In this document: positions 20,736 through 30,120 of the stretch, piece after piece
How positions within the stretch are numbered: position 1 is the first letter of the stretch
Layout of the letters: the number at the start of each line of letters is the position of its first letter
Assembly: GCA_016704325.1 (NCBI GenBank)
Contig: JADJAG010000012.1
Location: 105,500 to 169,499 of the forward strand
Source: Chitinophagaceae bacterium
GTDB lineage: Bacteria > Bacteroidota > Bacteroidia > Chitinophagales > UBA10324
Direction: 5' to 3'
Length of the DNA: 64,000 nt
Position numbers and translations under genes: made by a program
The notes under the pieces: generated by a model
Databases searched by the model: none
Told to the model about the DNA's origin: nothing
Seen by the model: only the letters and a program-made list of their open reading frames with translations

Positions 20736-22418
20736 ATGAAATCAGGAAGATTGTACTTCACGTTTGTTTGGTCGCTCGTCTGTTTTTTTTCATCTGCACA
20801 ACCTCCGCAATCCCGGCCAAACATTATACTGATTATAGGTGACGACATGCGGTATGATTCATTTGAGCCTAACGGAGGTCCCGCATGGTTCGATTCACCT
20901 GCCATCAATCGCATTGCTGATGAAGGTGCCAACTTTAAGGATTATTTCTGTGTGTACTCACTTTGTACACCTGGGCGCGGCGCTATGCTCACAGGATTGT
21001 ATCCTCACGGCAATGGCGCTATTGACAATAACTCTCCATACTATTCGTACCTACCAACCATTGCCAATATTCTCGATTCTACAGGATATCATACTGCCAT
21101 GATTGGTAAATACCATGCCTATTTTAAACCGCAACCCGGCTGGGATTATTGGATGGCTAGAAGTAAACTTGGAGGCTCCTATATGGATTTAGAATTCAAT
21201 ATTAATGGGGAGTCTAAAATTATTGAAGGACATGTAACACAGATAATAGGCGACTCTTCTGTAAAGATCATTTCAACAATTGATACCCCTTTTTTAGTCA
21301 TGATCGGACATCAGGCCCCGCACCAGCCTGCTTTGCCGCTGCCGGAAGACAGTGGAATTTATGGTAATGAAGAAATGCCGGTACCTTCTTTAGCAAAGTA
21401 TAACAAAAACTATCCTTCCTATTTATATGAGGAGGCTCCACTTTTAACAGAGGAAAATCTTGCGATGAGCATTCAAGCATACTTTGAGTGTGTGAAGGAT
21501 ATTGATGGAAATATAGCCGACATTTTCAATACACTGGAAGAGAGAGGCATTCTGGACAATACCATCCTCATTTTTACCGCCGACAATGGCATGATGAACG
21601 GTGAACACTATCTTAATGGAAAAGGGTTTCCATATGAGCCCTCCATCAGGTTACCGATGTTTATTCGTTATCCGGGATGGTTCGCGCCGAATACAGTAGT
21701 GGATGTACCTATAGGCTTGAATGTTGATGTAGCACCTACTATTCTTGATGCAGCTGGAATAGATCAGGAACCATATCATTTCCACGGACTATCCCTTCAC
21801 AAACTGGCTACCGGGGAGTTAAGCAGGAGTAGAATGATGTATGAAAACATTAAACTGGCTGACGAAAGCGGAGATTCAGGCAAACCTTCTATCCGTTCTA
21901 TACGGAGCAAATATTATAAATACAATTGGTACCGGTGCAGTGAACAAACAGAAGAGTTCTTTGACCTTATTAAAGATCCGGATGAAAGTAAAAACCTGAT
22001 CCTGGATCCTGAATATGCAGCATTGATCGTCACCTACCGGCACACACTCGATAGTTTGCGGTCGGCTTTGCATGATACTTTAGCAGCTGATTCGGTGGTG
22101 AAACCCTGCCACCTGGTAAAGGGCCGGGAGATTAAAGGTATGTATGTGGTAGATAACCCGATACCATTGCTTGATCTCGGCACCAATCCTTTCATTGATA
22201 GGCTAATTGTGAATTTTATGGTCGCAAGTCCGGAGCCTGTTCAAATCAATATTTACAATGCATTAGGCCAGGTGTTAATAAGCAACCGGCTCAAAAATGT
22301 AAATGAAGGAACTTTATCATCCACCGTCTTTGATACTAAGAACCTGCCCGGAGGTATTTATTTGGTGGAGATCATACAGGGTGTAAACCGAAGGTGCGAA
22401 TTTGCAATCAGGGAATAG
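20736..22418 (+). CDS. Sulfatase with T9SS-like CTD
   Basis: PNIILIIGDDMRYD, CxPxR motif CTPGRGAMLTGLYPHGNG, FTADNG. C-terminus is ...GIYLVEIIQG. Confidence 0.9.
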   Translation: MKSGRLYFTFVWSLVCFFSSAQPPQSRPNIILIIGDDMRYDSFEPNGGPAWFDSPAINRIADEGANFKDYFCVYSLCTPGRGAMLTGLYPHGNGAIDNNSPYYSYLPTIANILDSTGYHTAMIGKYHAYFKPQPGWDYWMARSKLGGSYMDLEFNINGESKIIEGHVTQIIGDSSVKIISTIDTPFLVMIGHQAPHQPALPLPEDSGIYGNEEMPVPSLAKYNKNYPSYLYEEAPLLTEENLAMSIQAYFECVKDIDGNIADIFNTLEERGILDNTILIFTADNGMMNGEHYLNGKGFPYEPSIRLPMFIRYPGWFAPNTVVDVPIGLNVDVAPTILDAAGIDQEPYHFHGLSLHKLATGELSRSRMMYENIKLADESGDSGKPSIRSIRSKYYKYNWYRCSEQTEEFFDLIKDPDESKNLILDPEYAALIVTYRHTLDSLRSALHDTLAADSVVKPCHLVKGREIKGMYVVDNPIPLLDLGTNPFIDRLIVNFMVASPEPVQINIYNALGQVLISNRLKNVNEGTLSSTVFDTKNLPGGIYLVEIIQGVNRRCEFAIRE

Positions 22419-22441
22419 AATTCAAATGCGCGTAGTTGGCA

Positions 22442-22515
22442 TCCCTGAATTCAGGGATACGCATTTTACCCGAAACCGGTGATGTAATAGCCTTGCCGGT
22501 AAGGCCATATTTGTA
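22442..22515 (+). promoter_or_regulatory. Promoter cassette copy B
   Basis: Perfect tccctgaattcaggga, then 48 nt (..cattttacccgaaaccggtgatg..), then catatttgta at 22506. Confidence 0.65.
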
Positions 22516-22548
22516 CCAGCAAATGTCACCCACAAAAAAATTACAACC

Positions 22549-22713
22549 ATGTTGAACACTTCCTTCCACACTAATGTTTCAAGCCGGAAATCAGAATCAG
22601 AAAGCGAGCACATCAGCCGTTTAGTGTACAATGTCTTTGTTGAGCTGGGCGCATGGACAGTAGCCGTGGGATTTATCTCCTCCATGCTCCGCATAACAAC
22701 ATCTATTCTATAA
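22549..22713 (+). CDS. Small peptide P2 (54 aa), GAW-peptide family (divergent tail)
   Basis: MLNTSFHTNVSSRKSESESEHISRLVYNVFVELGAWTVAVGFISSMLRITTSIL. Not in the ORF track. Sits 33 nt after the cassette box. Confidence 0.55.
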   Translation: MLNTSFHTNVSSRKSESESEHISRLVYNVFVELGAWTVAVGFISSMLRITTSIL

Positions 22714-23157
22714 AAATCAATAACGGAAATCTCCGCGAAGAAGAGGATCAGTGTGAAGAACTGCAGCAACCTATCAATGTGAATCAGATTTAACAAGTAT
22801 CTGTCAAATATAGCTGCGGTTTTTCACGCATCCTGGTTTAAGGGAAATTAATCATGAATCCCCAAAGAGAACAATATTGTTTTTGTCTATAAAGTAATCG
22901 CACCCGGCCATTTTCACTTTCATCATCATGTATTTGAAACTATGTGTGATTCACAGCAAATTAATCAGCTGCTTAGAAAGGATATCATATCATCGTTTAT
23001 TTTACTGATCCTGATTTTAAGTGCAGCCACAGGTGTATGCCTGTTCCATCCGCTTTCAATTGCTCCGGCAGAAAGTTTATAATAATCTGTCGTATTTCCT
23101 TTTCGGCATTACGCTTTTCATATTCAGAGTACATAGCAGGCAAATCAACTCACCATA

Positions 23158-23223
23158 TTCAGGGAGCACCATTTTACCTGATTTCCATGATGCATTTCCG
23201 TTTGTCATCACCTGATCTTTGTT
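23158..23223 (+). promoter_or_regulatory. Promoter cassette copy H (right half-site only)
   Basis: ttcaggga, then 48 nt (gcacc attttacc tgatttcc atgatg + 21 nt), then gatctttgtt at 23214. The internal phasing is identical to the other copies. Confidence 0.55.
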
Positions 23224-23348
23224 ACACAAAATGTTTTTACGCTAACAAGGTTCAATAGGTTGTTCCGGTTGATCAGGAACTGAAATGAACAGCAGACTGA
23301 ACCTTGATTTTAACATATTCCTATCAACATCATTAAACACCAACTATT

Positions 23349-23543
23349 ATGAAACTTACAAGAAGAGAGCTGCAAGTGCTTACCCTGATTCAGGAAGGAC
23401 TTACGACCAAGGAAGTTGCTTCCAGGCTGCAAATCAGCACGAGAACGGTAGAGACCTACCGGCGCAACATCAATGAAAAATTGCAGGTGCGTAATGTCAC
23501 CGCTGCCCTTTGCGTTGCCCGGCGCCTTTACCTTATTGAGTGA
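23349..23543 (+). CDS. GerE/LuxR-type HTH-only transcriptional regulator (64 aa)
   Basis: MKLTRRELQVLTLIQEGLTTKEVASRLQISTRTVETYRRNINEKL. The HTH domain makes up the whole protein. Confidence 0.8.
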   Translation: MKLTRRELQVLTLIQEGLTTKEVASRLQISTRTVETYRRNINEKLQVRNVTAALCVARRLYLIE

Positions 23544-23758
23544 GATAGGCTACGTAGTTAATGGTATTGACAAGCGGTCACCTGGTGTCGCATCTTTGAC
23601 ATGAATTGCTAACTATTTTTTTAAACCGGTTTCCAGGTTACCGTTTCAGCATACAGAGCCGGAAGATATGTTTAAGAAATAACTGACACACGGCAAAATA
23701 TTGAAGCACCAAACAGTTAACTGTACAAACAACAGCGTTCATCTTAAATCTTCATTTT

Positions 23759-24088
23759 ATGTTAAGCGCCCATATTCAAAGACGGATTATGAATTCCCGC
23801 AGAACGGAAATTCGCGCTTTTTCAAGAAGTTACCTTTTAACCTCCCGGATATTGGGATGGAACAGTGCTATTAATCGTAGCGCGGCAAGATCTGTTGCCA
23901 TGGGCTTAAGAAGTCCTGGCGCCAACAGGGAAAATAAATCTACCGTTACTGCAGTGAAGCCCGTTGCAAGAAAAATCAATCGCATAGAAGTATTTCTTTT
24001 TAATGTGACTGTTGAAGTGGGTGCCTGGTTGCTCTCAATAGGTTTTTTTGCTGCAAGTATTTGGCTGATCAAAAATTTATTTGATTGA
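23759..24088 (+). CDS. GAW-peptide family member P3 (62-109 aa depending on start)
   Basis: C-terminus is ...KINRIEVFLFNVTVEVGAWLLSIGFFAASIWLIKNLFD. The ORF is open from ATG 23759, with an internal ATG at 23900 (62 aa). There is no canonical cassette upstream. Confidence 0.5.
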   Translation: MLSAHIQRRIMNSRRTEIRAFSRSYLLTSRILGWNSAINRSAARSVAMGLRSPGANRENKSTVTAVKPVARKINRIEVFLFNVTVEVGAWLLSIGFFAASIWLIKNLFD

Positions 24089-24158
24089 ATGCTGGAAGTG
24101 ATATAACGCACTTAACTGTTATCAATTTGTTTAAAATACACGATAAAAATATATAATT

Positions 24159-26264
24159 ATGAAATCCATCCATTTTCTAACAAGCGCACTTGCATTCTTT
24201 GCACTATTCATTACCACAAACATGCTTTCTGCCCAGGTATTGCCTGTTAAGGAGTGGGACAAGCGTTTTGGTGGAAGCGGTTCTGACGCACTGTATACGA
24301 TACAGCAAACCACCGATGGGGGCTATCTCCTTGGAGGGGATTCTGATTCACCGGTAGGTGGTGATAAATCTCAAGGCAGTAAGGGCAGCACAGATTTTTG
24401 GATTTTAAAAACAAATGGAGCCGGAGTAAAGGAATGGGATAAAAGCTTTGGTGGAAATCTTGCGGAGAGTATGTATGCAGTAATGCAAACCAACGATGGA
24501 GGTTTTATTCTCGGTGGTGAATCCAAGTCAGGTATTAGTGGAGACAAAACACAAGATGCCCACGGCGGACTGGACTATTGGATTGTAAAAACAGATGCTT
24601 CCGGAACAAAGCAATGGGATGTAAGATTTGGAGGAAGCGCTGATGATGAACTTCGAAGCGTTCAGCAAACCATTGACGGCGGATATATCCTTGCAGGATT
24701 CTCCAGTTCGGGAATCAGTGGTGATAAATCAGAGGCAGGCCGGGGGGCAACTGACTATTGGTTGGTTAAAACGGATGCGAATGGAATCAAACAATGGGAT
24801 GCCAGGTTTGGGGGAGCATCCAATGATGAATTACGTTCTTGCAGTCAGACCATTGATGGAGGTTACATCCTGGCAGGCTTTTCAAAATCGGTTATCAGCG
24901 GAGATAAGACCATCGCATGCAAGGGTTCAACAGACTATTGGATCGTAAAGATAAATGCAGAAGGTGTAAAACAATGGGATGCCGTGTTTGGTGGAAGTGA
25001 CAGTGAATACCTGTATGCTATTCAGCAAACAGCCGATGAAGGTTACATACTCGGCGGATATTCAGAATCGGGAATCACCGGAGATGTAACAGAGCCGTGC
25101 ATAGGTGGTTTTGATTTTTGGATGGTAAAGACAGATACTTCCGGCGGAAAACAATGGGATAAGCGATTCGGAGGAAGCGGTTACGACAAGCAAAAGTTCA
25201 TTCAGCAGACAACAGATGGCGGATACCTTTTAGCAGGTTGGTCCGATTCAGGTATTAGCGGTGATAAAACACAGGCTAATGTGGGAAATGGTGATTACTG
25301 GGTTGTGAAGACGGATGCTACCGGTGTAAAAATGTGGGATGCTGCATTTGGAGGAACCCTGGACGATAAAATTCATTGTGTTCCACAAACCAATGATGGT
25401 GGTTATCTGCTTGGTGGCTATTCTTACTCTAACTCTGGAGGAGATGTTACACAAGCCAGCCAGGGGTTGAATGATTACTGGATCGTAAAAATTTCATCCA
25501 CTACTTCATTACAAAAATATTTTGTTGATGCAGATGGTGATGGGTTTGGGAATCCGGCACATGATACACTTTCTATGTTGCCACCATCCGGATTCGTTAC
25601 TAATAATAAAGATTGTGAAGATAGCCATCCTGAAATACATCCCGGAGCAGATGATCTATGCAATGGCATTGATGACAATTGCAACCTGCTGACAGATGAA
25701 AATGCTATGGCTATACCTAATATTTCACCGGCAGGTAGTATGGCAATATGTCCCGGCACACAGGTAACGTTTGCTACTGAATATACAGATAATGTCTCTT
25801 ACCAATGGATCAAAAACGGAGTTATCCTTTCCGGAGCAACTGGTCTGACTTTTCAAACCGGCAACAACGGAAGTTACGCGGTCGCAGCCACAAATGGATA
25901 TGGATGCAGTGCCATTTCCGCAGTTACGTTGATCAGTAAGCTAACAGGTCCTAACGCCGAAATAATACCATTGGGTGATTTGAATATTTGTCAATCAATG
26001 CAGGTTGCTTTACAAGCCAATGCAGGTTTCGGGTTTAATTATCAATGGCTGAATGGAAACAACAATATTCCCGGAGCAACCAATCAGATCTATGTTGCGA
26101 CCAAGGCTGCATCATACAAAGTAAAAGTTACTAATGGAGACGGTTGCAGCAAGCATTCGCCGGCTGTCCAGGTTACCAAATTATGTAAGGAGATTGCATC
26201 ATCAGAAACGGACAAAGCGGTTCAGCTTTACTTTATCCGAATCCAACGAAAGGAAGATTCATAA
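24159..26264 (+). CDS. Secreted 60-aa-repeat protein (7-8 repeats) plus MopE-like motif plus Ig-like domains; frameshifted before its T9SS CTD
   Basis: Signal peptide present. WD(K/A)(R/S)FGG...QQT.DGGY..(G/A)G...S...GDK........D(Y/F)W.VKT...G repeats with about 60-aa period. DADGDGFGN...DCEDSHPEIHPGADDLCNGIDDNCN. The frame ends at 26264 just where YPNP would begin. Confidence 0.8.
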   Translation: MKSIHFLTSALAFFALFITTNMLSAQVLPVKEWDKRFGGSGSDALYTIQQTTDGGYLLGGDSDSPVGGDKSQGSKGSTDFWILKTNGAGVKEWDKSFGGNLAESMYAVMQTNDGGFILGGESKSGISGDKTQDAHGGLDYWIVKTDASGTKQWDVRFGGSADDELRSVQQTIDGGYILAGFSSSGISGDKSEAGRGATDYWLVKTDANGIKQWDARFGGASNDELRSCSQTIDGGYILAGFSKSVISGDKTIACKGSTDYWIVKINAEGVKQWDAVFGGSDSEYLYAIQQTADEGYILGGYSESGITGDVTEPCIGGFDFWMVKTDTSGGKQWDKRFGGSGYDKQKFIQQTTDGGYLLAGWSDSGISGDKTQANVGNGDYWVVKTDATGVKMWDAAFGGTLDDKIHCVPQTNDGGYLLGGYSYSNSGGDVTQASQGLNDYWIVKISSTTSLQKYFVDADGDGFGNPAHDTLSMLPPSGFVTNNKDCEDSHPEIHPGADDLCNGIDDNCNLLTDENAMAIPNISPAGSMAICPGTQVTFATEYTDNVSYQWIKNGVILSGATGLTFQTGNNGSYAVAATNGYGCSAISAVTLISKLTGPNAEIIPLGDLNICQSMQVALQANAGFGFNYQWLNGNNNIPGATNQIYVATKAASYKVKVTNGDGCSKHSPAVQVTKLCKEIASSETDKAVQLYFIRIQRKEDS

Positions 26265-26269
26265 TAAGG

Positions 26270-26503
26270 TTGCTTTACAAATTAGTTTTGGAAACAGGGA
26301 ATAGCGGATCAGGTAGTTTTGACTCCATCAATTTATTCAATAGTATGGGAAAGCTCGTCTATTCAGAAAGTAGGGCACATTCAATTCCGGAGGAGATTGT
26401 GGAAATCACCTTGCCGGCTACTTGCCTGCCGGGAGTATACTTTGTGAAAGTTACAACAGGAAATATGGAATACTCAGGTAAACTGATGCTCTTAGACCAG
26501 TGA
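26270..26503 (+). pseudogene. T9SS CTD of the 24159 gene, displaced into another frame
   Basis: The +2 frame reads ...LLYPNPTKGRFIIRLLYKL...GVYFVKVTTGNMEYSGKLMLLDQ and is open from 26187. A single-base indel lies between 26187 and 26225. Confidence 0.7.
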
Positions 26504-26517
26504 AATGGCAATAAAAA

Positions 26518-26533
26518 TCCCTGAATTCAGGGA
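26518..26533. promoter_or_regulatory. Palindrome copy F (palindrome only, non-canonical spacing)
   Basis: Perfect tccctgaattcaggga sits 14 nt after the 26503 stop. A catctttgtg box follows after only 23 nt. This could be an operator, a terminator hairpin, or both. Confidence 0.4.
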
Positions 26534-26604
26534 TTGTAATCGCTGCAAATGGCACTCATCTTTGTGCTGATAAAAGGCAGCAACAGAAATGAGTATTGAG
26601 ATTC

Positions 26605-26646
26605 GAGTAATGAGTGGTGAGTAATGAGTAATGAGTGGTGAGTAAG
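26605..26646. repeat. 7-bp tandem repeat (GAGTRRT) x6
   Basis: gagtaat gagtggt gagtaat gagtaat gagtggt gagtaag. Confidence 0.85.
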
Positions 26647-26933
26647 TATTGAATATGGAATGTTTGAATTATTGAAATACAGAATATAAAATATAATTTT
26701 ATTAGATTTCGTAATAAGGGGAAGCCATGAAAAATAATGATTTGTAATGTTTGGTGAAGGATAAGAAATTCTGGTAGTGCTCATTAATTAACGCAACCGG
26801 TTATGTTGAAATAAGAGTAGAATCATCACCTTCTGATCTGCATCCCGGCAATCAGCTTTCAGCCGCCTTGCTCTTTTGAAGCATAGCGGCTTTTCTTTTT
26901 TAAGTAAAAATTATTTATCCAAAAACATACACC

Positions 26934-28300
26934 ATGTTTCACACAAACCTTTACTCAAATAAGTTTGCGAAAACTATTGTTGTCCTTTTTGCAATCCTGC
27001 TCATAGACTTCTGGCAATATTCTCCTGCAAAGCACAAATACCCGGCACATGGACTCTCACCGGTAGCATGAATACGCCCCGTGTCTTCTGCTGCTGTCTT
27101 GTTACAAAGCGGCAAGGTACTTGTTTGTGGAGGTGGGGATGGTAGGTCAGACACTTGCCAGTGCAGAATTGTATGATCCGAATACAGGCATGTGGACGAT
27201 CACAGGTAGCATGGCTTGGCCCGCCCAGGTCATTCTGCCACTCTTCTTCCTGACGGAAGAGTTCTCATCGCGGGCGGATTGGTTTGCTTTATGCCTGTAC
27301 AACCGGAGAGTGCGGAAATCTATGACCCTTTAACAGAGATATGGACGCAATACAGCAAGCATGCAAGGTTCTCGTTGGGCGCATCGCGGCAGTATTGATT
27401 ACATCGGGAACTTTGCTGGCCAAGTTTTAGTAACCGGAGGGTCCTTAAACTCAAGTGAGGCGACTATGGAAATTGCAACATTGGCGATGCGGATTTACAA
27501 ACATCAGAGTTATACGATCCTGTTGCAGGACATTGGTCAGCACATCTAATCTGCCTGTTGGAAGATATTGGGATGGATCCCAGCCAATAGCAACATTACC
27601 TGATGGTAACATACTGATAGTTGGAGGTTGGAATTGCTGTCCATACCAGGCAATTAATGAAGCTGAAATATTTGACCTCACAAATCAATCATGGGTCAAG
27701 CGACAGCTAAAAGCAACTACAGCTAACTATGCTCCGATCGTTCTCAACACTGGCAAAGTGCTGGTTGCAGGGGGTGACAATGGTATACAGCCATCTAACG
27801 TAGATGTTGCAACCGCAGAACTATTTTGATCCGTTTACCGGAACATGGACCGCCACTGGAAATATGACGATTGGTAGAAATAATCATTCTGTTTCGCGAC
27901 TTGCTTAAAATGGACAGGTTCTTGCCTCAGGTGGTCATCATGGCGGGTGGGGAGTATGTTACGACTTGAATAGTTCAGAGCTTTTCGACCCTCATCAGGA
28001 ACCTGGTCACTAACCGGAAGCATGAATGGTCAAGGAGTGGACATACATCTAATGACCTTGTCCAAGCGGGCAAATTCTGGCGGTGGTGGCTCTTATTGGC
28101 TCTCCAGCGCCGAACTCTACACTCCCCCTTGCATAAGCGGTAGTACGATCTATGCTGACACCGATGGTGATTCATACGGAGATGCATCAAACAGTATAAT
28201 CGCCGAATCCTGTGATCTTCCTTTCGGTTACGTACTTAACAATACAGATTGCAACGATGCAGATGCCCTCCATTCATCCCGGCACAGAAGAAGTAATTAA
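26934..28300 (+). pseudogene. Kelch-repeat (galactose-oxidase-like) secreted protein, multiply frameshifted
   Basis: Kelch-like pieces sit in different frames: [18 protein letters not shown] (27121 ORF), [19 protein letters not shown]...[12 protein letters not shown] (27216), GQVLVTGG (27361), TLPDGNILIVGG...AEIFDLTNQSW...GKVLVAGG (27455), SAELYTPP...DTDGDSYGD (28022). Confidence 0.65.
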
Positions 28301-29225
28301 TTGCCTCGATGATAACTGCAACGGAATCATTGATGAAGGTAAGTGGATACAAAAAGCAAACTTCGCGGGTTCTGCCAGAGTCAATGCTGCTTCATTTACT
28401 ATTGGAGATAAGGCCTACCTCGGCACAGGAAAAACTTCAAGTGGTTCTTATCTGAAGGACCTGTGGGAGTATGATCCTGTTACCAATGTCTGGACACAGA
28501 AAGCAGACATGGGTGGAAAAAAAAGGTGCAAGGCAGTAGGATTTGCCATCGGAAACAAAGGTTATATCGGAACAGGATATGACCAGGATGGTTCTTTGAT
28601 AAAAAGCTTTGGGGAATATGACGTGGCTACCAATAGCTGGACGCAGAAGGCCGACTTCGGTGGTAGCGGAAGACAAAACGCTGTGGGCTTTGCTATCAAT
28701 GGCAAAGGATACATCGGCACCGGCGGAAACTTCTTAACACAGCACAATGATTTCTGGGAATATGATCCTGATACTAATCAGTGGACACAGAAAGCCAACG
28801 TGGGAGATACGTTAAGAGAAGCAGCCGTGGGATTTTCCATCGGAGAAAAAGGATACATCGGAACAGGCAGCAACAGCAATGGTTACAAAAATGATTTCTG
28901 GGAATATGATCCCACAACTGATACATGGACAGAGAAATCCGATTTCGCAGGCGGAGCAAGAAGTTCAGCATCCGGATTTTCAAATGACAGCAAGGGATAC
29001 CTGGGAACAGGATGGGATGGAAGCAGTCTTCATAAAGATTACTGGCAGTACGATCCGCTCACCGACACCTGGAATCAGATTGCCGATTTCGGCGGAACAG
29101 CACGCGCTTATGCAACCGGATTTTCAGTAAGTGGTAATTGCTATGTAGCAACCAGGAGGGCGATACATCAGGAAATGCGTACTATGATCTGTGGCAATAT
29201 GATCCTCCTCCCTTTGTTGGGTTAA
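28212..29225 (+). CDS. 'WEYDP' Kelch-like repeat segment (7 repeats), probably the middle part of the same broken gene
   Basis: Repeats of (F/L)WEYDP.T..WTQKADFGG..R..AVGF(A/S)I..KGYIGTG. Preceded by a MopE-like motif. The GTG 'start' is only a track artefact. The frame breaks again near 29140-29230. Confidence 0.6.
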   Translation: MIFLSVTYLTIQIATMQMPSIHPGTEEVINCLDDNCNGIIDEGKWIQKANFAGSARVNAASFTIGDKAYLGTGKTSSGSYLKDLWEYDPVTNVWTQKADMGGKKRCKAVGFAIGNKGYIGTGYDQDGSLIKSFGEYDVATNSWTQKADFGGSGRQNAVGFAINGKGYIGTGGNFLTQHNDFWEYDPDTNQWTQKANVGDTLREAAVGFSIGEKGYIGTGSNSNGYKNDFWEYDPTTDTWTEKSDFAGGARSSASGFSNDSKGYLGTGWDGSSLHKDYWQYDPLTDTWNQIADFGGTARAYATGFSVSGNCYVATRRAIHQEMRTMICGNMILLPLLG

Positions 29226-29231
29226 CGGTAT

Positions 29232-30107
29232 ATGCTGATGCTGATAACGATGGATTCGGTGATGCAGGCAACAGTCTTTTTTATTGCCGACTGTCCGGTA
29301 CCCAATGGATATGTAACAGACAGCACTGATTGTGATGATGCCAATGCAGCCATCAATCCTGCTGCAATAGAAATCTGCGATGGCATCGACAACAACTGTG
29401 ATGGCAATATTGATCCGCTCTTTACATTTTATGCAGATTCAGATGGTGACGGTTATGGCGATAACAATGCTTCCGTAACAGATTGCGCTCCACCTTCCGG
29501 TTATGTAACCAACAATACCGATTGCAATGATGCAAATGCAGCCATACATCCTGGTGCAACAGAAATTTGCAACGACATAGATGACAACTGTAATGCACAA
29601 ACTGATGAAGGCCTGCTCATTACTTTTTATGCCGATAACGACGGTGATCTCTATGGCAATGCAAACAACTCAACCCTTGCCTGCACCTTGCCCAATGGAT
29701 ATGTAACCGACAACACCGATTGCGATGATACCAATGCAAGCGTTTATCCAGACGCACCGGAAATTCTTTTCAACGGCATTGATGATGACTGCGATGGTTA
29801 TCTAGATGAATTTGGAACAGGCATTTTTTCATCAGCAAATACAGCATCTGTTTTCTCTCTCTTTCCCAATCCCACCAATGGTGAGTTTGAAGTTTACTTA
29901 CAACTTAATAATGAATTGAATGCAGAAGGAAAAATCGAAGTGATCAACCTGCTTGGCCAGGTTGTGTACAATAAAACAAGTGTATTGCTGAAAGGAAAGT
30001 TGCAGGCTGTAATTAATCTGAATGATGAAGCTGATGGATTATACTTAGTAAGAGTGAAGGTGGATGAACAGTTGTACTCCGGACTAATTGTTTTTGACAA
30101 GCAATAA
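29232..30107 (+). CDS. MopE-like metal-binding-motif repeats (x4) plus T9SS CTD, the 3' part of the broken gene
   Basis: YAD.DGDGYG....S...C..P.GYV.(D/N).TDC(D/N)D.N..I.P.A.E.C(D/N).IDDNC repeats. CTD is FSLFPNPTNGEFEVYL...GLYLVRV. Confidence 0.7.
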   Translation: MLMLITMDSVMQATVFFIADCPVPNGYVTDSTDCDDANAAINPAAIEICDGIDNNCDGNIDPLFTFYADSDGDGYGDNNASVTDCAPPSGYVTNNTDCNDANAAIHPGATEICNDIDDNCNAQTDEGLLITFYADNDGDLYGNANNSTLACTLPNGYVTDNTDCDDTNASVYPDAPEILFNGIDDDCDGYLDEFGTGIFSSANTASVFSLFPNPTNGEFEVYLQLNNELNAEGKIEVINLLGQVVYNKTSVLLKGKLQAVINLNDEADGLYLVRVKVDEQLYSGLIVFDKQ

Positions 30108-30120
30108 AATTAACGGAGCC

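Noticed and set aside
22422-22796. 124-aa minus-strand ORF
   Set aside because: It runs antisense across palindrome B, the phased promoter spacer and peptide P2. It has no recognisable motif. The plus-strand elements are conserved in other copies whereas this ORF is not.
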